DNA of 64,000 bases from an uncultured Nitrospiraceae bacterium (GTDB taxonomy: Bacteria > Nitrospirota > Thermodesulfovibrionia > Thermodesulfovibrionales > Dissulfurispiraceae), in assembly GCA_963727805.1 (NCBI GenBank), contig CAVSHF010000003.1, positions 1 through 64,000 on the forward strand, given 5' to 3'. The position numbers and the translations under genes were made by a program. The notes under the pieces were generated by a model, which saw only the letters and a program-made list of their open reading frames with translations, made no database searches and was not told where the DNA came from. Shown in pieces: positions 9,753 through 19,206 of this stretch. Each line of letters starts with the position of its first letter. Within the stretch, counting starts at the first letter, position 1.

Positions 9753-10612
9753 AATACTGGTTTATGGACCAGCATAGCTCCGCACATGGGGTGCAGAAGA
9801 TGTGCCGGGTAATAAGAGCATCAAGGAGCGGATATTACAGGTGGAAGAAAGAGCCTCAGAGCAAAAGGCAGAAGGAAAACGAGAAGATACTATTGGAAAT
9901 AAGAGAATCACATAACAACAGTGGCAGGGCCTATGGGAGTCCGAGGATAACCGATGATCTGCGTGACAAAGGGACAAAATGCGGAGAGAACAGGGTTGCA
10001 CGACTTATGAAAGCTAATGGGATAGTCGGCAAAGCAAAGAAGAAATTCAAGGCGACGACGAACTCCAAGCATAATCTGCCGGTTGCGGAGAATCTTCTAG
10101 AGCAAAACTTTATGGCAGAGAGACCCAATACAAAATGGGTCGCGGATATAACTTATGTTTGGACAATGGAAGGCTGGTTATATCTGGCGGTGGTATTGGA
10201 TCTTTATTCCCGTCAGGTTGTGGGATGGGCCATGAGTGATCGTCTAAAGTCAGGCTTTGTTATAGAAGCTTTGAGGCAGGCGGTAGGTCGTCGCGGTCCA
10301 GATCCAGGCTGTATATTTCATTCAGACAGAGGCGTTCAGTACGCTTGTGAGGATTTCAGAGCCGAATTAAAGGCATATGGTTTTATCCAGAGCATGAGCA
10401 GGAAGGGCAATTGTTATGACAATGCTGTTGCCGAGAGCTTCTTCCATACGCTAAAGACAGAGCATGTATATGATTACAGATATGAAACACGGGCAGAGGC
10501 ACGGCAGAGTATTTTTGTATGGATCGAAATGGTCTATAATCGGAGGAGGAAGCATTCAGCACTTGGGAACCTTTCGCCGGTATCCTTTGAGCTGATGACC
10601 TTAGCAGCCTAA
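9749..10612 (+). CDS. IS3-family transposase OrfB (DDE)
   Basis: YGSPRI, WVADITY, FHSDRGVQY, SMSRKGNCYDNAVAESFF, YNRRRKHSALG. Confidence 0.95.
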   Translation: MKYWFMDQHSSAHGVQKMCRVIRASRSGYYRWKKEPQSKRQKENEKILLEIRESHNNSGRAYGSPRITDDLRDKGTKCGENRVARLMKANGIVGKAKKKFKATTNSKHNLPVAENLLEQNFMAERPNTKWVADITYVWTMEGWLYLAVVLDLYSRQVVGWAMSDRLKSGFVIEALRQAVGRRGPDPGCIFHSDRGVQYACEDFRAELKAYGFIQSMSRKGNCYDNAVAESFFHTLKTEHVYDYRYETRAEARQSIFVWIEMVYNRRRKHSALGNLSPVSFELMTLAA

Positions 10613-11410
10613 CTTAACTGGGTGTCCGAAATATCGAGGGAAGACCACTATCGGTGGCCCGCAGGGTAGTTTCATGTCGGTGAAAACGGTTCCCAACCGA
10701 ACCCATGATCCGAACGGGCGCGTGATAAGTTGGCAATGACGACCTATCCATCCCAACCCTGCCCTTGTCGCCGCTGTCTTGTGGGGAAAGTCCCCTTTGA
10801 TATTAACCGTATCAGTACGAATCGAAGCCGCTAGTGGTTGGGATCTAAATCCTCTGACTTTGATTCCGGCTGCTAATGCCTCTGATAATTCTTTGATATG
10901 ATTGTTCACTTTGGCATACTCATCGGCGTATGCTTGATTAGGACCGGTTGAAATGCTGACCATTATTTGTGGGTTCATTGGAATAGCAAATGAAATAGCA
11001 AAAGGGAATCTTTGGCCTGTTTCATCCCGCGGTGTCAGAAAATCCTTAAGATCTGCAGCACCCCATAGGGGAACCTCGTTCAATTCCATCCAATCGGTAA
11101 GCCACCCAGGTAGGATTGTTGAAGGCTCGGACAATTACACCCCACGTTTGCTACGCAATTTTATACTAACTCTTTGTTCTCCTGAAAGTCCGCTTGAGGT
11201 CACGATCACAAGCCGCAATGACCGCTAGCAATCTTTATAATTATAACACTGCTGCAGGAAGGACATACCAGTAAGTAGCTGCCGAGAATTGTCATATTTT
11301 TTCAGAAATCACCAATACCAGGAATTTGGTGATTTCCGGTCTAACACTCCAGAGGCTATTTGTGATAACCTCCGATCGCATAGCATTTGTTAGGGTAATA
11401 TTACAGCGCA

Positions 11411-11842
11411 CTACGGAGTCCCTTTTAAGGCCTTTGCTTTCACCTTCTCGCTGAATTTAGCCGAACTGATTATAAATCTTTCGTGGATGCCTTCGGATAT
11501 TTTATCGACGCCGTCATCTGCTGTTATTGAGAAAGTGAGTTTCCGTCCTTCTACACTCTCCAATTTCACTCTGACAGTTACAGTCAACCCCGGCGGTGTC
11601 GCTGCCTCGTGAGTCAAATTGACAGCCGTACCCACGGTCTGTTCATCAGGCCAGTCTATATACGGGTTGATTGCCTGAATACAGGCCCATTCAAACAGGC
11701 CTACCATAAATCCCGTAGCAAAGACCTTAGGCATGATACTGAACTCGGTCGATTCCGGATAAAGATATGGCACGGTCTTATTCTCTTGGACCTTAAAGCT
11801 GAATTCATACAACAACCCTGGCTTTAATGAAGTGTTCGTCAT
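11411..11842 (-). CDS. Fluoroacetyl-CoA thioesterase (FlK)-like hot-dog thioesterase
   Basis: VFATGFMVGLFEWAC, TVGT.V.LTHEAATPPG, GIHERFI; Thr/Glu/His catalytic set present. Confidence 0.88.
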   Translation of the reverse strand: MTNTSLKPGLLYEFSFKVQENKTVPYLYPESTEFSIMPKVFATGFMVGLFEWACIQAINPYIDWPDEQTVGTAVNLTHEAATPPGLTVTVRVKLESVEGRKLTFSITADDGVDKISEGIHERFIISSAKFSEKVKAKALKGTP

Positions 11843-11963
11843 GGCGTCTCCTTGCTCGTTTCATGTCTATAATTATTGAGGAGAATTGACTTATCAGGCA
11901 AATTAATTATTTATATAAACAACATTATCTATGCTAATATATAGAAAATGGAAGGAGAGAGTT

Positions 11964-12848
11964 ATGGAGTGGCAACAGATTCTAGGGTTCTATCACGTTG
12001 CAAAACTCAAAAGCTTTACGCGGGCGGCCGAAGCAACATACAGGACGCAATCAGCGCTAACCCAACAAATCAAGTCGCTTGAGGAGGAGTTGGAATGTCA
12101 ACTGTTCGAAAGAGTAGGAAAGCGAAAGATCAACCTCACTCCTCTGGGGGAAAGATTTTTCAGCTTTTCCGAATCACTTCTGAAAGAGCATGAGCGGCTT
12201 ATCGCGGACATAGGGGAACAGAAGGGCCTCAAAAAAGGGCGCTTGAAGGTGGCCGCGCCATTTACGACTCTCTATCATCTTCTTCCAGATGTCATAAAAA
12301 AGTATAATCGTGAATTTCCCTGGGTAGAGCTCTCTTTGCTCGACCGTTCGCAGAGGGAAGTGGTCGAATTAGTCAAGGGCGGAGATGTCGATCTCGGTCT
12401 TGCTCTCGAAAACATTATCCCCACGGTACTCAATAAGCGTCGTTGGAAAAAAGTTGAGTCTGTTCTGCTGACGCCCTCAGGGCACCCGTTGGCGCGGGAG
12501 AAAAAGGCATCCTTAGCAAATATTGCCCAATACCCCCTCATTTTACCGCCGAAAAGCAGCAATTTAAAGCACCGCAGTAGGTTGGAGGAGCTATTTCGCA
12601 AACACAATCTCAATTACTCTGTCATCATGGAGTCCTCGAATGTTGAACTCAGTTCTCTCTATGTGGAAATGGGACTCGGTGTTTCTTTTGCATCTATCGT
12701 AAGAGAGTTGCCCATTTTCAAAAAGAGAAAGATAGAGGTTGTTTCATTGGACCATTACTTAACGGCTGAACATATATGCGTGGCTACGAGAAGAGATAAG
12801 AAGATGTACTCTTTTCAGAGTGCATTCTTGAATATGCTGTTCAGCTGA
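11964..12848 (+). CDS. LysR-family transcriptional regulator, divergent from the thioesterase
   Basis: SFTRAAEATYRTQSALTQQIKSLEEELECQLFER HTH; AAGGAG RBS before ATG 11964. Confidence 0.93.
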   Translation: MEWQQILGFYHVAKLKSFTRAAEATYRTQSALTQQIKSLEEELECQLFERVGKRKINLTPLGERFFSFSESLLKEHERLIADIGEQKGLKKGRLKVAAPFTTLYHLLPDVIKKYNREFPWVELSLLDRSQREVVELVKGGDVDLGLALENIIPTVLNKRRWKKVESVLLTPSGHPLAREKKASLANIAQYPLILPPKSSNLKHRSRLEELFRKHNLNYSVIMESSNVELSSLYVEMGLGVSFASIVRELPIFKKRKIEVVSLDHYLTAEHICVATRRDKKMYSFQSAFLNMLFS

Positions 12849-12916
12849 CTATTAAAAGCGCTGCTACCGTCAACGGGTACAGCACAATTTCTTCGAAGAT
12901 TATGATCTGGAGACAA

Positions 12917-13041
12917 CTACTGAAAACATCAATCAGAGCCGCCAGTATCCGCAAACTGCTGATTTGCGACAATAATCTATCGTGACTGCTTCGCCAAGTG
13001 AATCCTTGAAATACGAGGAGATCTGCATCGATTAGAGTGAT
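12917..13041 (+). repeat. Dispersed intergenic repeat, long copy
   Basis: Shares CTACTGAAA, CCAGTA, TGATTTrCGACAA, TCCTT and GATCTGCATCG..GAGTGAT blocks with 37773-37892 and with the intron-split copy. Confidence 0.7.
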
Positions 13042-13101
13042 ATACTGCACAACGGTCTAAGTCCTTGATTATCGAATCTGTAGCTGTCAAAAACTATATA
13101 T

Positions 13102-13530
13102 TCATCTCTTTTTTTCGAGGTGCATTGTCCCAGAGTATCCTCTTTTATCTTCCGCAGCAGCCACCTCGAATTTGCAATCAAGGACCATGGTATCGGCCGC
13201 ATTGTTGAGCTTGCAGATATCTGTTCTTCTCCCAGACGTCATAGTTATTTCCTCACCGGCAATTTTTACGTCTGCATCAAAATGGGCATCCTCGGACGAA
13301 TACCTCGCTTTAGCTCCGTCGAATATCATAACAACAGGTTTTCCATAGCGTTTCGTTACGGCACTGTAAAAGACCCCTCTAAAGGGTAAGCGTGAAGTCC
13401 CATCCCACTTGCCCTGCAGATCCTTCAGTGTAGGATTATTAATAGGCTCCATATTTTCAGCTGGAACTGTTTCTGCGGACATAAGCGTCATGGCTAAAAT
13501 AAAACTGGCGGCAATAAATAACTTCTTCAT
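13102..13530 (-). CDS. Hypothetical secreted protein
   Basis: AGGAG RBS, signal peptide MKKLFIAASFILAMTLMSA, LQGKWDG beta-barrel-like start. Confidence 0.7.
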   Translation of the reverse strand: MKKLFIAASFILAMTLMSAETVPAENMEPINNPTLKDLQGKWDGTSRLPFRGVFYSAVTKRYGKPVVMIFDGAKARYSSEDAHFDADVKIAGEEITMTSGRRTDICKLNNAADTMVLDCKFEVAAAEDKRGYSGTMHLEKKR

Positions 13531-14269
13531 TTCTTCTCCTGTTTGTAGATTATTAATATGATCTGCCCATAGTAGTTGGTGCATATCCCGCTTGTCAACA
13601 CATAGAAGCCATTTCTTCCATTCACGTGATACTCCAATATTTTGGAAATATAGAGAAACTGCTCAAGGTTAAATTGCGCACAAAATAAGAAGAGCACAGA
13701 TTAGTGTTTTCGGCGCCTCTCTCTTAATGACTACACTGGCAATCGAACTCCGTGGCAGTTGCCTGGAGGAGGGTAGGTCTGGAGTTCATAATCACAACAT
13801 ATATGAGGAGTCACACAACTTGCCTTGTTTGCGAATGTCGCCTGACCCCTTATTTTTAAAAAATGAAGGGAGGAAAAAGTTACCTGAGTAAAACCATCGG
13901 CAAGGAAACTTTTTCCCGATTTTGCTGCAACCGGGGTTGTACTCTCCTTTCTCGTGTAACCCCGGAGATCTGACTGCCCTTTTCGGTGGAGAAGCATTTG
14001 CGGACTAGTATTTTGCATAAGAGGTTCCTCGCGCGATTCGTGTGCCATTATTCCCTGCCACAATCACAAACGACCCAAACGTCATCATTTTGACATGAGC
14101 TTATCGTTTTTTCCATTGCTTAGCTCAATGTCAAATGAGCTAACACATTTGAAAATAAGATAAAACCTACCTGTGGGGAACATTATCAGTAATTGGCACA
14201 TTTTATGTATGTACTTGATATTGGATTGAAATGTGTCGCGTCCATTTTATTGACAATTGGAGCTGAATT

Positions 14270-16102
14270 GTGAATAACGAAGAGAAACTTAATCATGCTG
14301 CACCGATCGAAAGACTGCTCTCTATAATACGAGGCGAGTCGATCGTGGCCGAACATAAGCATCCGCCGCCACCCGAGCCTTTAACGTCAGTTGGGGAGTT
14401 TAAATCAGTATTTTCAAAAGGAAAATCGTCCAGTTCGGTGACTATAGGCATTGATATAGGATATGAATATATAAATCTAGTTAAGACGGCTAGGTCTCAA
14501 CCAAGATGGGAAATTTTAGAGTATAAGAGTATCCCTATCCCTGCGCATATTGACAAAATGTCACGCGAATTCATTGAGTTCTTGAAATCGGTAGTGACGC
14601 CTTTTTGCACCGGAGCGAACAAAATCGAGACATGGGCAATCATGTCTTCAGCACAAGTTGAGGTCAGGATTATCCGTGTTCCCAATGTTTCCGGCAAGAA
14701 CCTCGAAGCCGCCATCTATTGGACCCTGAAAAAGGAAACGTCCCTCGACGAAAAGAATTTTTTCTTCGACTACGCGGTCCGGGGAGAAACAGGTAATCGT
14801 CCCGGAAATAAAAAGCTCAACGTCATGTGTTATACCGTTCCTTTTGCAGAGGTGGAAAGTATAAAGAAACTCTTCTCCATTATAGGAACAGCATTGTCGG
14901 GTGTGTCAATCGTTCCGTTCGCTGTGCAGAATATTTTTCTGAATAAAGTAGTGGTTTCGGAAAAACAGACTGCTTGCCTGTTTTTCGGCAGCAATCATTC
15001 ACGTATAGACCTTTACACAGAGGGGAAACTGACTCTTACCCGTAACGTCAAGACTGGAATAAGCAGTATTATCGAGCTGATGATCGAGTCTCCTAATGGC
15101 TTGACCGGCGAAGGAGGGCCACTTACCCATGAAGAAGCCCGAACAATTCTTTTTGCTTTCGCGGAGAGTGGGAATGACCTTCTTGTTTCGGTCAATGGTT
15201 TCAGTGGTGGCTCTGAGAAAATCGAGAGTATTATCGCTCCCGTACTGGAAAGGTTGGCTCGGCAAATGGAGCGGACCTTCGAGCATTTCACCTCCGTCCT
15301 CGGATATGACCGGATTGAGAAGGTTTACATCTCCTGTGCCATGCCCATTTATAAGGCCATGCTTGATTATTTCGACGCGCAGCTCGGGATTGAGTGTGCC
15401 ATTTTCGATCCGCTTGAGCAAGCACTCAGGACGAGCAGCCTTGACGAACGGATTTCGTTTATTCCCGCATTCGGGATGGCCCTTTCGGACAATGCCGATA
15501 CGCCCAATTTTATTTACTCTCGTAAGGATAAAAAAAAGGCAGCATATACTGCGAAATTTAACAGGCTCGTTTTGGTAGGCCTAATCGTATCGGTATTTAT
15601 ATGTGCGTCCGTTACAACCTGGCTGTGGCAGAGTGCTTACCAGAAGAAATCGGAATTGACCAGACTTGAGCAACAGCAAAAAGGCGAACCAGTTGTGAGC
15701 AGGGAAACGGTCCTCCAGATTGTAGCCGAGGCCGGACAAAAGCAGCAGCAATATGCGGAACTCAGCAGGAGATACAGAGCAATAGCGCTTATAGGAGAAA
15801 TATCGGCCCTTACCCCGGAGTCCGTAAGCCTCACAGGGTTAAAGGTCGATTTAGCAGAGAAAACTGGAAATGAAAAGGCTGGGCAGGCTGGTTCCGGCAA
15901 GTCTGAAAATACGGCAATCGTGGAGGGAATCATCAGTGGGTATCAAGATATAGTCGAAACTACACTCGACTCATATGTTATGAAGCTGAGGTCTTCCCCG
16001 ATGTTTGCCGAAGTGAGTGTTTCAAAGAGCAAGATGGACTCCGCAGGGAAAAAAGCATTTCTCGCATTTGTGCTCAATCTTAAGGTGGGGCAAGAGAAAT
16101 GA
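14270..16102 (+). CDS. pilM: Type IV pilus assembly PilM-like protein fused to a PilN-like domain
   Basis: IGIDIG actin-like motif, ERLARQMERTFEHF, PNFIY then TM, coiled coil and PESVSLTGL...EG...LRSSPMF (PilN-like). Confidence 0.8.
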   Translation: MNNEEKLNHAAPIERLLSIIRGESIVAEHKHPPPPEPLTSVGEFKSVFSKGKSSSSVTIGIDIGYEYINLVKTARSQPRWEILEYKSIPIPAHIDKMSREFIEFLKSVVTPFCTGANKIETWAIMSSAQVEVRIIRVPNVSGKNLEAAIYWTLKKETSLDEKNFFFDYAVRGETGNRPGNKKLNVMCYTVPFAEVESIKKLFSIIGTALSGVSIVPFAVQNIFLNKVVVSEKQTACLFFGSNHSRIDLYTEGKLTLTRNVKTGISSIIELMIESPNGLTGEGGPLTHEEARTILFAFAESGNDLLVSVNGFSGGSEKIESIIAPVLERLARQMERTFEHFTSVLGYDRIEKVYISCAMPIYKAMLDYFDAQLGIECAIFDPLEQALRTSSLDERISFIPAFGMALSDNADTPNFIYSRKDKKKAAYTAKFNRLVLVGLIVSVFICASVTTWLWQSAYQKKSELTRLEQQQKGEPVVSRETVLQIVAEAGQKQQQYAELSRRYRAIALIGEISALTPESVSLTGLKVDLAEKTGNEKAGQAGSGKSENTAIVEGIISGYQDIVETTLDSYVMKLRSSPMFAEVSVSKSKMDSAGKKAFLAFVLNLKVGQEK

Positions 16103-16641
16103 AACAATTTATAAATTCCATATTTATTCCCCGGGAATGCGTGAGGAACCTGGTAATTAGCCTAGTGGCTGTGGCCGTGTTTCTCTGTGCGGCAATTATT
16201 CCAGCCTATCTAAAATGGCTTCGCCTTGACGCGCGGGTCAGCGATGTACGTAACCGGATAGAGGAACAAAAAACTTTGCTCCCGCTTTTTAATTCTCTAA
16301 AGACGACCCGGCTAGGTGGTCCTGCTACTCTTCAAGCTCCGGATAAGATTAAGCTTGATAAGTCAGGGATTGACTCTGCCCTTATGAAACTGCGGGATAT
16401 TTCAGACAAGGCCGGCATGAATATTATTTCCATTCGCCCTGATTTGACGAGTACCCCGGCTTCCGCCCAGTCGGTTGTTGTAAATATGTCCCTCAGGGGG
16501 AGCTTTGAAAACTTTAGAGGGCTACTAGCCGGGTTCGGCGCGCTTCCATATGTGGAGAATATAGAAAATATTTCGATACAGCAGGGGGCATTTGGGAAGA
16601 CGCTCGATTTCAAAATAAAAATATTACTAAGTGTAGCCTGA
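16099..16641 (+). CDS. pilO: PilO-like inner-membrane pilus assembly protein
   Basis: N-terminal TM, coiled coil, LRGSFENFRGLL; overlaps the pilM stop. Confidence 0.75.
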   Translation: MKQFINSIFIPRECVRNLVISLVAVAVFLCAAIIPAYLKWLRLDARVSDVRNRIEEQKTLLPLFNSLKTTRLGGPATLQAPDKIKLDKSGIDSALMKLRDISDKAGMNIISIRPDLTSTPASAQSVVVNMSLRGSFENFRGLLAGFGALPYVENIENISIQQGAFGKTLDFKIKILLSVA

Positions 16642-16707
16642 GAAAGGTAATGGGTAATAGTTCATGGAGAATAAATGCGATCGGCAATTACCTATTGCAT
16701 ATAACCG

Positions 16708-17205
16708 ATGATCAATAACCTATTCACTAATAAAAGACAAACTATTATTTTAATTGTGCTGGCTATTGCTGTTTTGTATGGTCTATACGACCTGACAATA
16801 GCATCGAATGGGCGGCAAACTGCGCCGACTGTGAAGATGCGGCCCGGGGGACTGCAGTCGTTTGTAGCGCAGACAACTATGGACATCGGCAAGAATGCGC
16901 CTTCCACGTATGACATTTACGTCACAAATCGTGCCGGGAGGCGATGGGTGCGCAATCCTTTTTCAGGCCCTGCTTCACTAGTGAGTCGGGGATCGAAAGA
17001 CAACGTCGACCAACAGTCTCTTTTCATATTTAACGGCTACATAGAAACGAGCGGTCGCGCGGTTGCGATTATCAACAATTCTGCATACCTGGTAGGAGAC
17101 GCGCTGGACAATGAAGGATACTTTGTGAAAAAGATCTCTCCCGCCAGTGTGCGGATAGAGAACAGAAAAGAGAAAACAGAATTTGAAGTTCCTGTATCTG
17201 AATAA
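16708..17205 (+). CDS. Pilus operon accessory protein (PilP/MshK/GspB-like position)
   Basis: TM, RNPF motif, GY...AIINN..Y.VGD; located before the secretin. Confidence 0.65.
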   Translation: MINNLFTNKRQTIILIVLAIAVLYGLYDLTIASNGRQTAPTVKMRPGGLQSFVAQTTMDIGKNAPSTYDIYVTNRAGRRWVRNPFSGPASLVSRGSKDNVDQQSLFIFNGYIETSGRAVAIINNSAYLVGDALDNEGYFVKKISPASVRIENRKEKTEFEVPVSE

Positions 17206-17218
17206 AGGGGGCGAAAAT

Positions 17219-18928
17219 ATGAGTGCACAGAAGGAAAATGGGGACGCATCATTATCGTTCTCTATATTGAATGCTTGTGTTTTATTTTTTGCCATTATGC
17301 TTCTTGGAGGCTGCGCGAACAGCAGGCAGGCAATTAAAGCTCCGCTTGAACAAGAGACAGAGCAATGGGACAAACTAGCAGAGACGTCAAAAGGCCATTC
17401 TCCGTCGCCAATACAAAAGACAATTAACATTTCCGATTATCGGAGGCAGATTGAACAGGAGCTTTCCACGAGCGGAGAGAAACCCCTGCCTAACCCAAAA
17501 ATAAACTTAAAAATGCGGAATGCCGACATTAAATCTATATTGCGAGCGATGGCCCGGTCGATGAATGTCAACATCCTTGTGAGAGATGAAGTCAAGGGAA
17601 ATACGAGCGTTGACTTTGTTGCAGTTCCATGGGACCAGGCGTTTCGGAGCCTTCTCAAGGCTTACAGTCTGACCTATGTTTGGGAAGGTGATATCCTCCG
17701 TGTCGTGAGTCTGCAGGACATTGAGGAAGCTTTTAAAGTAGAAACACTCAAAGCGAAACAAGGAGCAGAGGAACTGGCTGCACAGGCTTCTGAGCCCCTG
17801 TCCTCGGTTGTAATCCCGATAGATTATGCAGACCCCAAGGCGCTCAGGGAAAACCTTCAGGATTTCTTGACGAAGGTTCCAACCGCCGGTGCAGGAAGTC
17901 CCGGAGTTGCTGGAGTCACAGGCGCGGCTCGCGGCTCCGTGCGGGTTGATGAACACAGCAATTCGCTAATCATACAAGCAACACACCCCGATATAGAAAA
18001 AATGATAGCTGTGATAGAAAAAGTGGACAAACCCACACCACAGATTCTCATCCGGGCTAATATTGTGGAAACTACAAAGAATGTGGCTCGAGACCTCGGC
18101 ATCCAGTGGGGAGGAATCATGCATACAAATAAACTGTTTGTTACGCCGGGAGGAGGTACAACCATGAGTACCAGCGGCACCGGTACTGCAGGTAGTACCA
18201 GCTCCAACACGACTGGCATCCCCGATCCAGTTACCAGCGGCGCTGTTGGCGTTGGAGCAGGCTATACCCCTTCTTCGGGTGTCGCAGGGCTGAGCGGTCA
18301 GGGGCTGGGCATCAGTTTCCCTGTTTCATCGAACGTTATACAAGCCGCAGGTGGTATCGGAGCGCTCGGACTCATGTGGGGTAAACTCAGCGGCAACATT
18401 CTAGAAACGCAGTTGCAGGCACTGCAGACTGACGGAAAGGCAAACATAATAGCGAGTCCCTCCATAACGACCCTTGATAACCAGAAAGCATTTACAGAGA
18501 GCGGCACAAAAGTGCCCTATGTGACGACGCAGTCGTCCGGCGGCACTACTACAGCAACGGTAAACTTTGTTGATGCTGTACTTAGGCTCGAAATTACCCC
18601 GCACGTTATAGGCGACAAGAACTTGAAAATGACTATTGTTGTTAAGAAAGACGACGTCGACATATCAAAAACAGTTCAGGGAAATCCTTTCATAACCAAA
18701 AAACAGACTGAAACAGTGCTGATTGTCGAAGATGGCGAAACAATTGTAATATCGGGACTCACCAGTCAAAACAAAAGCAAAACAGTTAATGGAGTGCCTG
18801 ACCTTAAGGATATCCCGATTCTTGGCTGGCTCTTCAAAGGAGAATCGAAATCTGATAGCACGGATGAGATCCTTATTTTCATAACGCCTCATATTTTACC
18901 GAAACTGGCAGCGGCGGGAAAGGAATAA
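17219..18928 (+). CDS. pilQ: Type IV pilus secretin, lipoprotein type
   Basis: Lipobox LGGC, VPWDQAF, VDEHSNSLII, PQILIRANIVE, SPSITTLDNQKA, VPDLKDIPILGWLFK, ILIFITPHI. Confidence 0.92.
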   Translation: MSAQKENGDASLSFSILNACVLFFAIMLLGGCANSRQAIKAPLEQETEQWDKLAETSKGHSPSPIQKTINISDYRRQIEQELSTSGEKPLPNPKINLKMRNADIKSILRAMARSMNVNILVRDEVKGNTSVDFVAVPWDQAFRSLLKAYSLTYVWEGDILRVVSLQDIEEAFKVETLKAKQGAEELAAQASEPLSSVVIPIDYADPKALRENLQDFLTKVPTAGAGSPGVAGVTGAARGSVRVDEHSNSLIIQATHPDIEKMIAVIEKVDKPTPQILIRANIVETTKNVARDLGIQWGGIMHTNKLFVTPGGGTTMSTSGTGTAGSTSSNTTGIPDPVTSGAVGVGAGYTPSSGVAGLSGQGLGISFPVSSNVIQAAGGIGALGLMWGKLSGNILETQLQALQTDGKANIIASPSITTLDNQKAFTESGTKVPYVTTQSSGGTTTATVNFVDAVLRLEITPHVIGDKNLKMTIVVKKDDVDISKTVQGNPFITKKQTETVLIVEDGETIVISGLTSQNKSKTVNGVPDLKDIPILGWLFKGESKSDSTDEILIFITPHILPKLAAAGKE

Positions 18929-18957
18929 AAAGTGGCACACGTGGTTAATTTTTAATT

Positions 18958-19206
18958 ATGGAATATTTCAGGATTTTGAATCTGATAAGGGAACTTGTGG
19001 AAGAGGGTAAATTAATTGTGCTTCTAATAGATGAGGGTCAGAAGCTGCCGCCTTTCCGTCTCGAAATATTACGCGAGTTCCTTCATTACGGAACTAATCA
19101 CTGTAAGCTACTTCAGATCGTGATTTTCACACAAAAGCATCTCAGGGAAAAGATCGATGCATATGCCAATTTAGGCAGGCTTATATTATGGGGAGGCAGG
19201 CAGTGA
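18958..19206 (+). pseudogene. Internally deleted ExeA/MshM-like AAA ATPase remnant
   Basis: MEYFRILNL N-terminus joined directly to the Walker B region LLIDEGQKLP..LEILREFL...KLLQIVIF; no Walker A; 82 aa. Confidence 0.75.

Larger units (their letters stand above)
9384..10647 (+). mobile_element. IS3-family insertion sequence, copy 1 (1264 bp)
   Basis: TG...CA ends, imperfect IRs (TGAAGTTCCCCCGAAATGACGGACACCC / GGGTGTCCGAAATATCGAGGGAAGACCA), 3-bp target duplication CTA (9381-9383, 10648-10650). Confidence 0.95.
9145..11134 (-). pseudogene. QueG-like/4Fe-4S double-cluster protein interrupted by an IS3-family element
   Basis: Removing the IS and one CTA copy restores a 240-aa frame: FPHKTAATRAGLGWIG...GSWVRLGTVFTD...GPPIERNFCGRCTRCVEACPA...CGICSAVCP. 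Confidence 0.9.

Noticed and set aside
11338..11396. GTCTAAC...GTTAGGG as an attC site
   Set aside because: The core motifs are present but the internal L boxes do not pair convincingly.
13840..13852. CTGACCCC-type motifs (also near 28887 and 49964) as REP/RAYT element ends
   Set aside because: Too short to be significant, and no RAYT transposase is in the window.
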